Assembly (NCBI GenBank): GCA_964016885.1
Contig: OZ024744.1
Coordinates: 75,206,001-75,270,000, forward strand
Reading direction: 5' to 3'
DNA: 64,000 bases
DNA from: Eledone cirrhosa
Lineage: Eukaryota
Made by a program: the position numbers and the translations under genes
Shown: positions 43,364 through 57,582 of the stretch, piece by piece
Layout of the letters: each line of letters opens with the position of its first letter
How positions within the stretch are numbered: position 1 is the first letter of the stretch
The notes under the pieces: model-generated
The model's database searches: none
What the model saw: only the letters and a program-made list of their open reading frames with translations
What the model was told of the DNA's origin: nothing

Positions 43364-45014
43364 TCTATCTATATATATATATATAAAACAGAGGATGTAT
43401 GTCTGTCTATCTGTGTAAATCCCTAAAACTCGAGAAGTACCCGACCGATTTTTTTCAAACTTTACATATGCGTTATTTATATTTTTTGAAGTGCAATGGA
43501 TTAAAAATATTATAACTTTTTAGCGAAAAACCGCATTTCTAGGTCATTCTTATGCTTTTTTTGCGTAACTTAAAGATAATCCAGCCGATTTCCTCAAAAT
43601 GTGCAGCACACTAATGTGCTCGCATTGCTGTGAACAATGAAATTTCTGATTCCGTTAATGGTTTCTAGGAAATTTACGAATTAGCATTGGGCATTACATG
43701 TCATTTTCATTTTCAATATAAACGCTACTTAAATACCGTAAGTAACGTATAATATTTCGTTAAATATTTGATTTATTTAAAAGAGGAAACAACACTTACT
43801 TACTTTTAAGCAGGAACATTTTCGGGGGATTGAGGAAATGTGGAGGACCTTAAAATTTTTGTCCGCGCCCTGTTGACGCTTCGTGCTTTCATCACGCGCA
43901 AATCCGGGTCCTGTATACGTTGCCGTGTTATTGTCACCGTAAAGCTCACGCCTGTGCTACTTCTACTAAGACCCCTTTTGATGAACGCCCTGCGCAAGTA
44001 CGCCAAACAGCGGTTGTGCTAATTCCGCGGTGACTCCTTTTGTCGCACCTTTGTTGCTGTGTAAATGCAGTGCAACCAGTACCACCCAGCGTTTGTGCTA
44101 ATTGCACTATGACCCCCTTCTGCTGCAGCTGCGTGCCTCGCTGATTTCGTCATCTCAATATCCCTACTAAAACGTACATCCCTACTTGCTTTTCACGCAA
44201 TTGACTACGTCGCACCTTCAGACTGACGTGTGTTCCCGATCCGTGACGTAATATGTGAACAGACTTACGACATACATCGCCCCACAACACTTACTTACTC
44301 CTTTCGCATACAGTATTTCCGCAATCAGCCCACTAACACTGCTACTACTGGTATCCCTGCCCGAGATCAATCCTCCACTCATTTCACAGAAAGTTGGTAC
44401 GTACACTATTCTTTTTTTCACCAGTTTTAAGCAATTGCATTGACTACGACGCCTTTCAATAGCCTAGCACTTCATTTACTCCCACTTTTAGTTTTCGTGG
44501 AGTTGTATACTTTGTGGAGCATTAATTCTACCTACTTTGCCAGTTACAGCAGTAGTAAAAGTACTAGAATTTACGAAGAGGGTATGGTCTCCTGTGGGGA
44601 AGGCCCAATATGATGTGCGGTTGCATGACATGTCTTACTCAAGCATTGGAGGTTTACTCTGTACAGTATGCATGCAGGTGCGATAGACATAACTGATGAT
44701 GTCTGTCCGGATGATTGGGTGCAAATCTATAAAACTTGAAAAAGTACCTAACCGATTTTCTTCAAATGGAAGAAAAATCATACTCTAAGATTTAGTCCGC
44801 TTAAAGAGTATCCAGCTGATTTTCGTCAGATTTTGCACATGCATGCAGCTGTTTCACTTTCGGGCCTGCTGGTGTTCTACGTTTCCATTAGATGAACAAT
44901 CATTCCCTGAGAATAAGGGAATTCAAAAAGTACACAGCTACATTCCTCAATCTTTGCATATGTGTGTTGCTATTTCACGTGTCCTACCACGTACAACGCC
45001 GGGTCCTGCTGCTA

Positions 45015-45015
<1 letters not shown>
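43364..45015 (+). mobile_element. Non-autonomous Helitron
   Basis: a|TCTATCTATATA...TAAAACAGAGGATGTATGTCTGTC...ACCGATTTTTTTCAAACTTT 5' end; 3' end CCACGTACAACGCCGGG...CTAG|t. Confidence 0.75.
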
Positions 45016-45050
<35 letters not shown>

Positions 45051-45051
45051 G

Positions 45052-45117
<66 letters not shown>

Positions 45118-45419
45118 CTAAAACCCAAAAGGTTACTATTCAAATAGTATACAGCTGGTACCGGCTACCTTTCGCGCTGAGAATACTCAAATTTTCCGAA
45201 TAGTAAATGTATAGTAAAATAAATAATATATAATATTTCTTTATACATAGTATATATTATATTATCGATTATTATATATATAAATTAATTGATTTTATTT
45301 ATTATACATTATTTAAAATTTGCGTGTAGGTAGGTCTCTTTAGAAATATGGGTGGGGACGACTGGATGATCCTATGTAATTGTTCTATATCCACATTGGC
45401 GTATTCATGATATCTAGTC

Positions 45420-46050
45420 GATACATGACAAGCAGTTGGAACTGCTTGGTCAGGTTCTTCAGACTTTTGCATAGTCGCTTTCTATCAGCTACTCCCACAA
45501 CTGTCAGTGTACGTCTAAGATGCCATTCTAGGGCCCTGCAAACAATAAAAGCTGTGACGTTTCTTGAAAGGCTTCCAGATGCCTGAAGGAATCAGGTCAT
45601 CCTGCCCAAAGTGCGTTTACTAGTGTAAAAGCACCACCTTTGCTATTGCTCAGATCCTTGATGAAAGTTTGCCGTCCAGGTCCAGGAAGATCACCCATAC
45701 ATAAAAAGCTAGGCCTTTCCTAAACAGTACTGCCACCCCGTCTCCTACTACACATCGATTAAGAGATTCGTTGTTCTCAAAGTCATCAAAAATGGGGGTT
45801 GGTTCACGCAAGTTTGAAATCCTGATCTTGCTGACGACTGTCACATACATAGCTAGTGACCTGAGGTCATTGAGCATGATACTTTGCTTCCAGAAGGACA
45901 CCAGATCACGTACATTTATACACCCAACTCTTAGCGTTGACGTGTTGGCTGGACAGAAAAATAATGGGAGGCTGCTTAATTTCTGGGTGCTGTTAGAGAT
46001 TGGGGATGTGGTTGAACTCCTTATCAGGTTGGGGCACCTTTAGGAACATT
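45420..46050 (-). mobile_element. Tx1/L1-like APE endonuclease fragment
   Basis: VGCINVR, LNDLRSL and GDGVAVLFRKGL...LDLDGKL on the minus strand. Confidence 0.65.
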
Positions 46051-46299
46051 TTAAAACCTTGTGGCTTATATGTTCGCGTTTCACCAATTTGGGGATGCTC
46101 TTGCTCATGGTTTTGCATGTCTGTAGGGATATGCGTGTTAGTAGTAGAGTTTGAGGTACTTTGAAGATAATTGTGCCAAATATCCCCCCCCCCCCTCCGT
46201 TTCTACTTCGTCCCAAATATCGGCCAACGAAAATATATAAATAGGAAAGTTGAAGCCGCCAGCTAGTAAAGAAACAAACATACAAATACACAGACACGT

Positions 46300-46721
46300 G
46301 CACATAAACACACACACATAAACACACACACATAAACACACACACACATATGCACATGCACATGCACATAAACACACACTCACACATACTCACACACACA
46401 CACACACACAAACACACTCACAAACACACACAAACACACACACATGCACACACAGACACACAAACACACACAAACACACACAAACACACACACATGCACA
46501 CACAGACTACACACACACACACACACAAACACACACAAACACACACACATGCACACACAGACTACACACACACACAAACACACACAAACGCACATACAAA
46601 CACACACAAACACACACAAACACACACACATGCACACATGCACACACAGACTACACACACACACAAACACACACAAACGCACATACAAACACACACAAAC
46701 ACACACACATGCACACACAGA

Positions 46722-46761
<40 letters not shown>

Positions 46762-46937
46762 ACAAACACACACAAACACACACAAACACACACACATGCA
46801 CACACACACACACACACAAACACACACAAACACACACAAACACACACAAACACACACACATGCACACACAGACTACACACACACACTCACACACACACAC
46901 ACAAACACACACAAACACACACAAACACACACACATG

Positions 46938-46973
<36 letters not shown>

Positions 46974-47105
46974 AACACACACAAACACACACAAACACAC
47001 ACACATGCACACACACACACACACAAACACACACAAACACACACACATGCACACACAGACTACACACACAGACACACACACAAACACACACAAACGCACA
47101 TACAA
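46300..47105. repeat. Compound CA-rich minisatellite (CACACAAA, CATGCA and CAGACTA subunits)
   Basis: Seen directly; source of the 288-aa His/Thr ORF. Confidence 0.95.
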
Positions 47106-47436
47106 AAATTCAAATACACGGATACAATCACGCAGTTAATGAAACAATACCAACAAAGAAAAACACCAACAACAGGCAGAATAATAAGCGGTAATACTTA
47201 TTGGAGTCAACTGTAAAAAACTATATGTTACATGCATGTATACCATAGAAAATGTGATCTTCCAAAATAGAATCACCTGTCTGACAAATGACTTAAATGC
47301 AGCATAGTAGGTAATAAAATGGAGTTGAAAAAATAAAAGTTTCTTTTTCCTTCGGATGCCATTTAGGCAATCACGACGTGGAGTGCTTAAGTGGAACACA
47401 CCTTAAATTGTACCAACAACAAACATACTATAATAT

Positions 47437-47562
47437 ATGATTTCTAATGAATGAAACAGTTCTAGTCCTGTAGAATCTCATCTATATTAAAACTGTTATA
47501 CTCTGCTATGTATTGAGTACCTTACTTACTGTGGTTACCTCCGATTCAACCCGGAATAACGT
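47437..47562 (+). mobile_element. pLTR-like end of the GAAACAGTTCTAG family
   Basis: Near-identical to 18403-18526. Confidence 0.8.
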
Positions 47563-47569
47563 ATATATA

Positions 47570-47631
<62 letters not shown>

Positions 47632-47742
47632 AACCGTTTCGCAAGGGGTATCAACATGAATGGATCCCGTTATTTTTATCTAAAGGCAATTTAAAAAATT
47701 CCAACACGCCTGTCCCCTCAATCTATCTTAGTTCTCATTTTT

Positions 47743-47778
47743 TCTTCTGATGAAGGACTAACGTTCAAAACGTTAAGA
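47743..47778 (+). ncRNA. Hammerhead motif with G12-to-A change
   Basis: TCTT-CTGATGA-a-GGAC(taac)GTTC-AAAA-CG-TT-AAGA. Confidence 0.55.
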
Positions 47779-47868
47779 TCCTCTTCCTGCTATATCAAAC
47801 GTTAACCTAATATATATCCCTTCCATATACTGTACCGATTGTGTTGTTATTTCTGTTTACCTTTTATG

Positions 47869-47905
<37 letters not shown>

Positions 47906-47955
47906 GGGAGGGATATATATATATATCTGTGTGAGAGAGAGGCGGGTGAGAGAGG

Positions 47956-48021
<66 letters not shown>

Positions 48022-48572
48022 AGGAAGTCGGTATCTGAAAGATATGAAGTACGGTTCTTAACTCCATCTCCATCTATGAGGGATATTTATCCGATTTTCT
48101 TGGCTATTTATAACAACCAAATTTATTTTTTACAGCAACTTATTTTGTATCTGAATTTCCCTACATTAACGATGAACCTCATAATCCCTCAATGCTTCGA
48201 AGGTTCTAAGCATACACACACACACACACACACACACAATCACACGCACACATATACACATACACGCAGTACACACCCACACACTTACACACACAAACAC
48301 AGACTTACGCACACTCACACACAAACATACATACACACAGACACACACATACTCACACACAAACACACACATACACACACGAACACATGCACACAGACAC
48401 AGACACACGCAAACACAGACAAGATCAAACACTCACACACACACACACACTTACACATTCACACGTACACATAGACACACTGAGACACTTACACACATAC
48501 ACATACACAAATTTACACACACACACACACACACACTTACACACACAAACACTGAGACACTTACACCCGCAA

Positions 48573-48612
<40 letters not shown>

Positions 48613-49061
48613 ACACACATACGTACACACACACACACATACACACATACACACATACACACATCTCTGACGCCACGTCGTTATGACGAGTTTGTGCTGC
48701 AAGATGTGTTAATGTCTGCTTGTACCGATATATAAGGTATTTAGCAATGTTTTCTCTTAGCTAACAAGTGGTGGACCATAAATTTATGTTCTTTTTCCCA
48801 GTCTTTTGATCTTAGTCAAAACTATACTTTTTTTTATTATATATGTATCTAAATTAGTTTCTTTCCTCACATATTCTTATTTTCTTGTTATCGTTTTTCT
48901 CTTTTTCTTTTCTCTTTTACTTTTCATTTCACAAGGCAAATATATGTGGTGTATAAATGTATGTTTGTTTGTCTTTATGTATGTGTTTGAACAGAAGTAT
49001 AAATCTACAAATTGACAATCATATTCTGTGACATATACCAAAACCTATCCACATTCATACC

Positions 49062-49155
49062 AGATACGAACGTTTCGTTAGTTCTGAGAACCAACTTGTT
49101 CAACCTGTGCAGGTTGAACAAGTTGGTACTCAGGGTTAACGAAACGTTCGTATCT
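49062..49155. repeat. Palindrome containing GAAACGTT in both arms
   Basis: AGATACGAACGTTTCGTTA...CAACCTG-TG-CAGGTTG...TAACGAAACGTTCGTATCT. Confidence 0.8.
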
Positions 49156-49238
49156 TATATGGGGCCGTTGTAGTAACTGGCCTTAATAATTATATATATA
49201 TATATATGTATATAGTATATATATATAGTATATATCTA

Positions 49239-49298
<60 letters not shown>

Positions 49299-49355
49299 AT
49301 GGTATATGTTATGAAATACTGTTAGCTTCTCGCTACAACAATTTCTATACTTTTC

Positions 49356-49406
<51 letters not shown>

Positions 49407-49490
49407 TTTGTTCTTTACAAGTTCATTCCATAATTAATCGAGTGAGTAATGTGTGCAATCGAGATTATAGTTGATATTTTATCCTCATCA

Positions 49491-49521
<31 letters not shown>

Positions 49522-49522
49522 G

Positions 49523-49595
<73 letters not shown>

Positions 49596-50208
49596 CAAAT
49601 GAGAGTACAGCATATTCGAAGCTCGAGCTGCAGCTAAGCCGACAAATGCCTCCAACAGTGCAGCCAAACTCAGTTTTCAGAAGATCCCGTTAAGGGTGAA
49701 AGCAGCGATTCTTTGCTTAAACTTTAATCTGTTATTTTAATAAATATTTGCTCTACGGTTCTTATATATTTGATATATATTTATCCTTATCGAGGCCTCT
49801 TTGGATTTTAGTCTTCAAATTTATATATATATATATATATATATGTCGGGTCACTCTTGAGTGCTACTGGTAACATGTAACCCAGTACAACCTGTCCCGT
49901 GGTCAGGTCGTCGTCGACTAAACCGGCAACCCCACCAAGTTTACTTGGTGAGGCATTCTTCTAGGAGAAGGCAACTCAGGAAACTGGGATAACTCCGATA
50001 TCAAACCTGCGGCTCAGTAGTTACCGATGATATTGATATTTTCTTCTTTTCGGGTTAGAGCTACTGTCGCTCAGAGAGTGGGATTGGCTCAGTGCACAAT
50101 CTTTCCTCACTTTAAAACATATCTTCACGCACAGGCATTGCACGATAGAATTAATAATTATTAATAATGGTATATCGTGAAATGGCCATACTCGATAACG
50201 AGGATGCA

Positions 50209-50309
<101 letters not shown>

Positions 50310-51099
50310 AAGTCCATAGTATCATTAGATAAAATATAAACAGTATTTCTTCTCCCAATCAGCATAAATCAACGACACAAAATACCATTTAAACGAGGCT
50401 ATAAGTTTAAAATATACTTATGAAGAAACAATAGATAAATGATATAGCTTCTTATCCGCGACTTATAAAAATTTACCTAGTATTTCTAGTAGCCTGTAGA
50501 ATTTGACTAGACATATAGTTAACCATACATAATTAGGTACAAAAAGTTAGAAGAAATGATGTACATAAACCTTACCAAAATCATCAAAATATCTCTACCC
50601 CCTGTGGTTTCATTCCATTTTTTGATATATCCGATCTTGGATAAATCAACGAGGTTTGGAAATTATCAGGAGATAACTCAATTGGACAAAGATTTTTCTT
50701 ACATGATCCCCGCATGAAACGAATTCAAAATGGCTAAGAATCATCAAGTGGCCGGTAGTCAAGGCAGAAAGTTTGTGATTGGTGCCTGTCGGCGAGTAGG
50801 CTGGTTGCTAGAAAGCGCAGCCGAATAGTGTCTAAAATTTTACTCAACCTTACGGGAGTATATAAAATTTAAAGGGTATATACATATAAACTAAACAAAG
50901 TCATATCTATATATGTATATATATATGTTGTTGGCAACTATTCACGGTGTGGCTCAATGAAGAATTAATTAAATAATTAATAATCAGAGCAATATATAAA
51001 AAGTAAGTCCATAGAATCATTAGATAAAATATATACAGTATTTCTTCTCTCAATCAGCATAATATATATATATATATACACACACACAAATATATATAT

Positions 51100-51590
51100 A
51101 TATAAACATATATGTATGTATACGTACATACATATATGTATACAGACGTACAGTAGTATGTATATACATACATGCACACATATATGGGTTTATCGAACAT
51201 TTAGTATAATGCTTGTTTTGTTTGTAAACAAACAGCCCGAAATTATTAGCCGTACAGTGTTCGGCAACCATCGTTGCCCTTTTGTTCAACACTGACAAAG
51301 GAACGATGAACTAGTTTCTAGTTTATTAGCTGTCATCAGCACCGTATACCTTCCTGTCAGTCGATCGAACGTTTGAAAGTATATACTTTCCTTATGCATA
51401 TTAACGGCTGAGCAGCCTAATTTGCATATCGGGTGAGTTAGTCGGCCGGGTGTACCCAAAACGATAAATGGAAAAATGAAATTTCATTTTTAACTTTTAG
51501 TACGGCTGATACTTTTTAAATATAAGTATGTATACGTACATACATATATGTATATAGACGTACAGTAGTATGTATATACACCCATACATT

Positions 51591-51650
<60 letters not shown>

Positions 51651-52098
51651 GGTTGAACATTTATTATAATGCTCGTTTTGTTTGTAAACAAACAGACCGA
51701 AATTATTAGCCGTACAGTGTTCGGCAACCATCGTTGCCCTTTTGTTCAACACTGACAAAGGAACGATGAACTAGTTTCTAGTTTATTAGCTGTCATCAGC
51801 ACCGTATACCTTCCTGTCAGTCGATCGAACGTTTGAAAGTATATACTTTCCTTATGCATATTAACGGCTGAGCAGCCTAATTTGCATATCGGGTGAGTTA
51901 GTCGGCCGGGCGTACCGAAAACGATAAATGGAAAAAATGAAATTTCATTTCTCACTTTTAGTACGGCTGACACTTAAATATAAGTATGTATACATACATA
52001 CATAATTGTATGTACGACTGTACTGTACGGCTAATAATTTCGGGCTGTTTGTTTACAAACAAACCGAGCATTATAATAAATGTTCGGTAAACCCATAC

Positions 52099-52154
<56 letters not shown>

Positions 52155-52280
52155 TTGCATGTATGTATGTATATACATACTACTGTACGTCTGTATACAT
52201 ATATATATGTACGTATACATACTTATATTTAAGTATCAGCCGTACTAAGAGGGAGAATGAAATTTCATTTTTTCCATTTA
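51100..52280 (-). mobile_element. Tandem 460-bp units each with a hammerhead, plus an inverted partial copy
   Basis: 51195-51510 repeats at 51655-51970; hammerheads at 51303-51345 and 51763-51805 read ACGGTG-CTGATGA-CAG(ctaataaa)CTA-GAAA-CTAG-TT-CATCGT; 52022-52280 is inverted; a fragment also lies at 17636-17760. Confidence 0.85.
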
Positions 52281-52547
52281 TATAAATATACATATATATA
52301 TATACATATATATGTAGGAGGTGAGTTTTATTGTAGCACAATAAAGCAATGCAAATATCGGATTATTAGCACTCAACAGTTTATAGGACTGGAGTATAAA
52401 TAATATAAAATCATTCTTCCTTACCTTCTCTTTCTCCCTTCCTTTCCTTTTTTCCAATCTCATATATCGCTCTAATTTTATTTTTCTTATGTTCATTTGA
52501 GACTTCTCTGTTCGCAAATCTTTTTTAAGCTTCATATCATGTCCCCC

Positions 52548-52618
52548 TATTTTATCTGATGAGAATGCAAATATCATCCCTTGATGGTATTTGTTTTTGA
52601 AATGAGCATAATAAAATA
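52548..52618 (+). ncRNA. Type I hammerhead ribozyme motif with long stem II
   Basis: TATTTTAT-CTGATGA-GAATGCAAATATCATC(cctt)GATGGTATTTGTTTTT-GAAA-TGAGCA-TA-ATAAAATA; 8-bp stem I. Confidence 0.8.
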
Positions 52619-52677
52619 CATGGAACTCTTTTAACCATCTTTTGATTTTATATTATATACATATATATATACATATT

Positions 52678-52710
<33 letters not shown>

Positions 52711-52745
52711 TTGTGCATGCGTTTGTGACAGTGTGTGTGTTTGTT

Positions 52746-52793
<48 letters not shown>

Positions 52794-53407
52794 AATATAT
52801 ATATATGTAACAGAGTTTTGTAGCTTGCTTGAAGCATCGTTGAATAGGAAACGCAAATTCAAATTTAAATAATTTTCAAAATTATTTAAATATATATATT
52901 TGTTAACACACATAAGCGTACAATTCTCTGTTTTCTTCTTTATATAAATAAAATAAAACAAGCCTAAGTTCTGAATATGCATCACAGAGAAGATCTAATA
53001 AGATCGAAACATATGCTCCTTTCGTCAAGTGAGCATTCAGACATTATATTATTTACTTAAAATTGTTTTGAAAAAAACCAATGCGAGTTGGAAATAAAGT
53101 AGTGAGAAAGGAAGTAATGTTAGATAAACAAAAGAACGGTTTAAATCTTGACTTTATATTTCATTGATATTTCTGGGTTAAAACCATTTTTGCGAGTGTG
53201 ATCGTGGTGGCAAGCTGCTCTCCTTTGACAGGTTAAAGTACAGTGTTGTTTTATTTTGTTGGTTTACATTTATATATTTCTAACTTGCATTGTACTAGCT
53301 TTTCTGAAACAATGTTATCTATATATTTGGCAAAGCCTCATATAAACTGTATTTACTTATATATTATATACTGTAAACATTAGCTTTTATTATATTATAT
53401 TATATTA

Positions 53408-53595
53408 GCGGTGGATTGGCAGTATCGGTAGAGAGTCGGACACCATGCTTTGAAGCATAGAGTTACGTCCCTTTATGATCTGAGTTCAAATCCCGCCGAG
53501 GTTAACTTTGCCTTTCATACTTACGGGGTCGATAAAATAAAGCACCAGTATTACACTGGGATAATTGCTGGCCTTGTGCCAAAAGTAGAAACAAT
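53408..53595 (+). mobile_element. Full-length SINE in (ATATT)n
   Basis: Dominant family. Confidence 0.9.
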
Positions 53596-54114
53596 TATAT
53601 TATATTATATTATATTATATTATGCTATGTTATAGTATGTTATATTATAGTATATCATATATCAAATCATATCATATCATAATATATTATTTGTAAAATC
53701 AACCCAAAATCAATTAGCGGAATGTTCAGTGTTCACTTTGTGGTAATCCACAACAAAATTCCAGAATAGATTTAAAAAGAAAAAGATAAATTCTATCAGC
53801 TTTCAACATTCCGTGTCGCATGTCCATTCCGTATTGACATGCGATAAGAATTATATCTCTCTCTCACACTTTCTATCTCTCTCACCCCGTCTCTCTCTCA
53901 CACACACACACACTCTTTATATCTCACTCACTTTCTCTCTCTTTTACTCTCTTTATCTTTTCTCTTTCTTTCTCTCTCCCCAACCCACCCTCTATCTTTC
54001 TCGACGTGTGCACCTATATGTATGTGTGTGTGTATGTGTTTGTCGTACATATACATGCCAATATAACACAATGATAACCCCACGCACGAATATATATATA
54101 TATATATGTGTGTG

Positions 54115-54172
<58 letters not shown>

Positions 54173-54517
54173 TATATATATGTGTGTGTGTGAGTTTATA
54201 TATATATATAAATATATTTATATGTCTATATGTGTGTGACATGTGTGTAAGGGAGGGTTTGTCTCTCTCTCTCTCTATGTATGTGTGTGTGTGCGCGCGT
54301 GTGTGTGTGTAACTATTTTTGAAAATTAAAGGAAAATCAAAAGGAAACCAGAAAAATGAATAGTACATTAAATCGGTTACAATTCTGAATAATATCTTGC
54401 TCTGTGATTATATATTTTGTTATTTGATATAAAAGTCTGTGTGATCTGAGATATGCATTCACGACTTTTCATATATGATTATATATATATATATATATAT
54501 ATATCTGTGTGTGGGTG

Positions 54518-54599
<82 letters not shown>

Positions 54600-54648
54600 C
54601 ATATATACATATATACACATACATATACTTACATAAACATATATACAA

Positions 54649-54722
<74 letters not shown>

Positions 54723-54810
54723 ATACTTTGGGAGGGTCATGTTGCCAATAACAATATCGGTTTCAACACACGATTTCAGATAAAGAATCTTGCTAAACAA
54801 ATTCAGAAAC

Positions 54811-54886
<76 letters not shown>

Positions 54887-55427
54887 GGTAACATGCAAAC
54901 ATAGATACATACATACAGGCAGACAGATAGATATGTAGATGTATATGCAGACATAAATAAATATATTTACATTCACAAAAGTATCTGAATTTTTAGGAAT
55001 TTCCTAACAAATAAAATTTAAATCTGGAAATGTGTCAGGTTGTAAATTGTTTGAATATATCTTCATGTCAACACTATATGGAAGGTGTAGTTGGTAATTT
55101 ATAATTTGGAAAGACAAAATGCTACTTTTAAAAGATAAAACAAACTAACGTCTTGTAAAGAGATGTGAATATCATGAGATAGCAGAAGTACATAATTATG
55201 ATTGATAAGGTATAAGAAAGCCACCAGCAAGTTGTTTGCCTACCACAGAACGACAACGAGAAAATGAAGCCGACGGAGATAGCGATAGAGAAAGCAAAAC
55301 ATCATTTAGTTCCTAACTTTCAGTTTCCAGTAAAGGCAGGAATTTGAGAGATGAAATTAATCAGCTGAAGTATCTATAATATCTAAAGAAATGTGTATGT
55401 AAACACGCATTTACATATTTAAACAAT

Positions 55428-56193
55428 AATTGTTTCTACTTCTGGCACAAGGCCAGCTTTTATCCCTGTACACTACTGATGATTTATTTTATCGAAGCCG
55501 TAAGAACGAAAAGGCAAAGTTAACCACGGTGGGATTTGAACGGAAAGGGCCGCAAATCTAGGCGTCAAAGTATGGGATCCGACCCTCTACCGATACTGCC
55601 AATCCACCATAATAAATAAATAATTAAATAATGTATACCCTTTTATCTGTTTCTGTCTCATTCTCTTTATCAGTCATTTGACAGAATCGATAAAGTGCTG
55701 AACACCATGTTTTGCCGTGGCCCTTTATGTTCTGAATTCATATCCCGCCGATGTTAGCTTTGCCTTTCATGCTTACTGAGTCGATACTGCCAATCCACCG
55801 CCCAATCTTGAATTAATTGTTTCTACTTTTGGCGTAAAAGCCAGCAATAACCCAGTGTATTACTGGTACTTTATTTTATCGACACCGTAAGGATGAAAGA
55901 CAAAGTTAACCTCGGCGGGATTTGTACTCAGACCTTAAAGGGCCGTAACTCTTTGCCTCAAAGCATGGCGTCCGACCCTCTACCGATACTGCCAATCCAC
56001 CATGATAATAATTGTTTCTACTTTAGGCACAAGGCCAGCAATTACCCAGTGCATTACTGGTACTTTATTTTATCGACCCCGTAAGGATGAAAGGCAAAGT
56101 CAACCTCGGGGTGATTTGAACTCAGATCGTAAAGGGACGTAACTATGCTGGAAAGCATGGCGTCCGACCCTCTGCCGATACTGCCAATGCACC
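55428..56193 (-). mobile_element. SINE cluster (55428-55608, 55814-56001 and 56010-56193 minus; partial plus copy about 55690-55785)
   Basis: Dominant family motifs in head-to-tail arrangement. Confidence 0.9.
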
Positions 56194-56335
56194 TAAACAA
56201 TAATATTCGATTACTATAAATAATTGTTGAAAAAATCGTTTAAAACCCTTGATAGAGAAAAAAGATGTCTCCGGATAATCAACCCTCATAATTTTCGAAG
56301 GTTACTGGCCTCCAATTCTGTTATTTTAGAAGATA

Positions 56336-57013
56336 CTAGCAGAATGGCTCGGCGTTGCTCGGGATTTGCACTAGGCTTCTTATATATTTGATATATATTT
56401 ATCCTTATCGAGCCTCGTGAAATGAATACGTTTGTTTATATTGTGTTATTGTGTATGCAAAAATACCTGTACACGAATATCTATATTAAAAGAACATATT
56501 AAAGTTTAAGCAAAGAATCGCTGCTTTCACCCTTAAGGGATTCTTCTGAATCTAAAAATTTGAATCTGTGAACGCAGATGTAAATATTTCGAAAAACGTT
56601 GGAACCGAAGAAAACAGAAAGACGATACTTTGGTTCGTGAAGACGTTCCTTGGTATCAGAATATATACACACACACACTATATATACATATATACACACA
56701 CACACACACTGATCGGGTTTTAATGACGTAATGCAGACAGTCAGGCATTCAGAAAGATATTATAAGCGCGCGAAGTTATATCTATGTATCTATCTAAAAA
56801 GAGAAAGACTAAGAATGATAGACAGCGATCGCTATATCGCCTAATGCAGTGCCTAGGGCATTGAAAATTTGAAATTATTTTTGCTCAACACACGCACGGG
56901 ACCATAACTATTACATGTGTAAAGTTTGAAAAAACTCGGTTCGGTGGTCCTTGAATTTTAGTGATTGAACAGACAGACTGACAAACAGACATTTTCTGTT
57001 TTAGCAATATAGA
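56336..57013 (-). mobile_element. Non-autonomous Helitron with nested pLTR-like fragment
   Basis: Minus strand a|TCTATATTGCTAAAACAGAAAATGTCTG...ACCGAGTTTTTTCAAACTTT 5' end; CCCGAGCAACGCCGAGC...CTAG|t 3' end. Confidence 0.75.
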
Positions 57014-57543
57014 TTAAGTCTATAGCTAGATCTGTAAACTAAGCCGTTGGCATAAGAAGTACTGGGAAAGTTGGAACGTTGAAATGTGTGTGACCCAATA
57101 CAAATTACTATGACAATTAATCCCGATAAATAACAGTCTCTTTTCCAGCTCCAAGAGTATCCTATAGCGTCGACTATTATTATAATAATTTTCGATGGGA
57201 TGCACAAATTTCAAATGTTACAAATATGTTATAAACATATAAATAAACATGTTTTATGTATTTCTCCATAGATTGAAAAATATGAATGCCTTGATCTGAT
57301 TTTCGACCGTTAAAATTCATTATATAATTAAATTAATTACTATCGTAATTGTATTTCTGTGTATGCTGTGAAAGATGTGTGTATATATATATATATATTA
57401 ATAAAAGGAATTCAAACTTTGTCTGATTTACTCGTTTTATTTACAATCCTTTAGAATTTATTAGAATTAGAATGTATTAGAATTAGAATTAGAATGTATT
57501 AGAATGAAATCGTATGGTAGAATATTAAATGTTAAGTGTTAAT

Positions 57544-57582
57544 TGAACAAGTACTTTCATGCTTTCCCAATCTTCAGGTTCA
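57544..57582 (-). ncRNA. Hammerhead motif (copy of 12388-12426)
   Basis: TGAAC-CTGAAGA-ttgggaaagcat-GAAA-GTAC-TT-GTTCA; one substitution in stem II. Confidence 0.65.

Noticed and set aside
46350-47216. 288-aa His/Thr-rich ORF
   Set aside because: Translation of a CA-rich minisatellite that is open in several frames.
52985-53018. Hammerhead-like CAGAGAA-GATCT(aata)AGATC-GAAA-CATATG, and a similar case at 28363-28399(-)
   Set aside because: Too many core, stem or cleavage-site deviations to list as ribozymes; they may be old relics.
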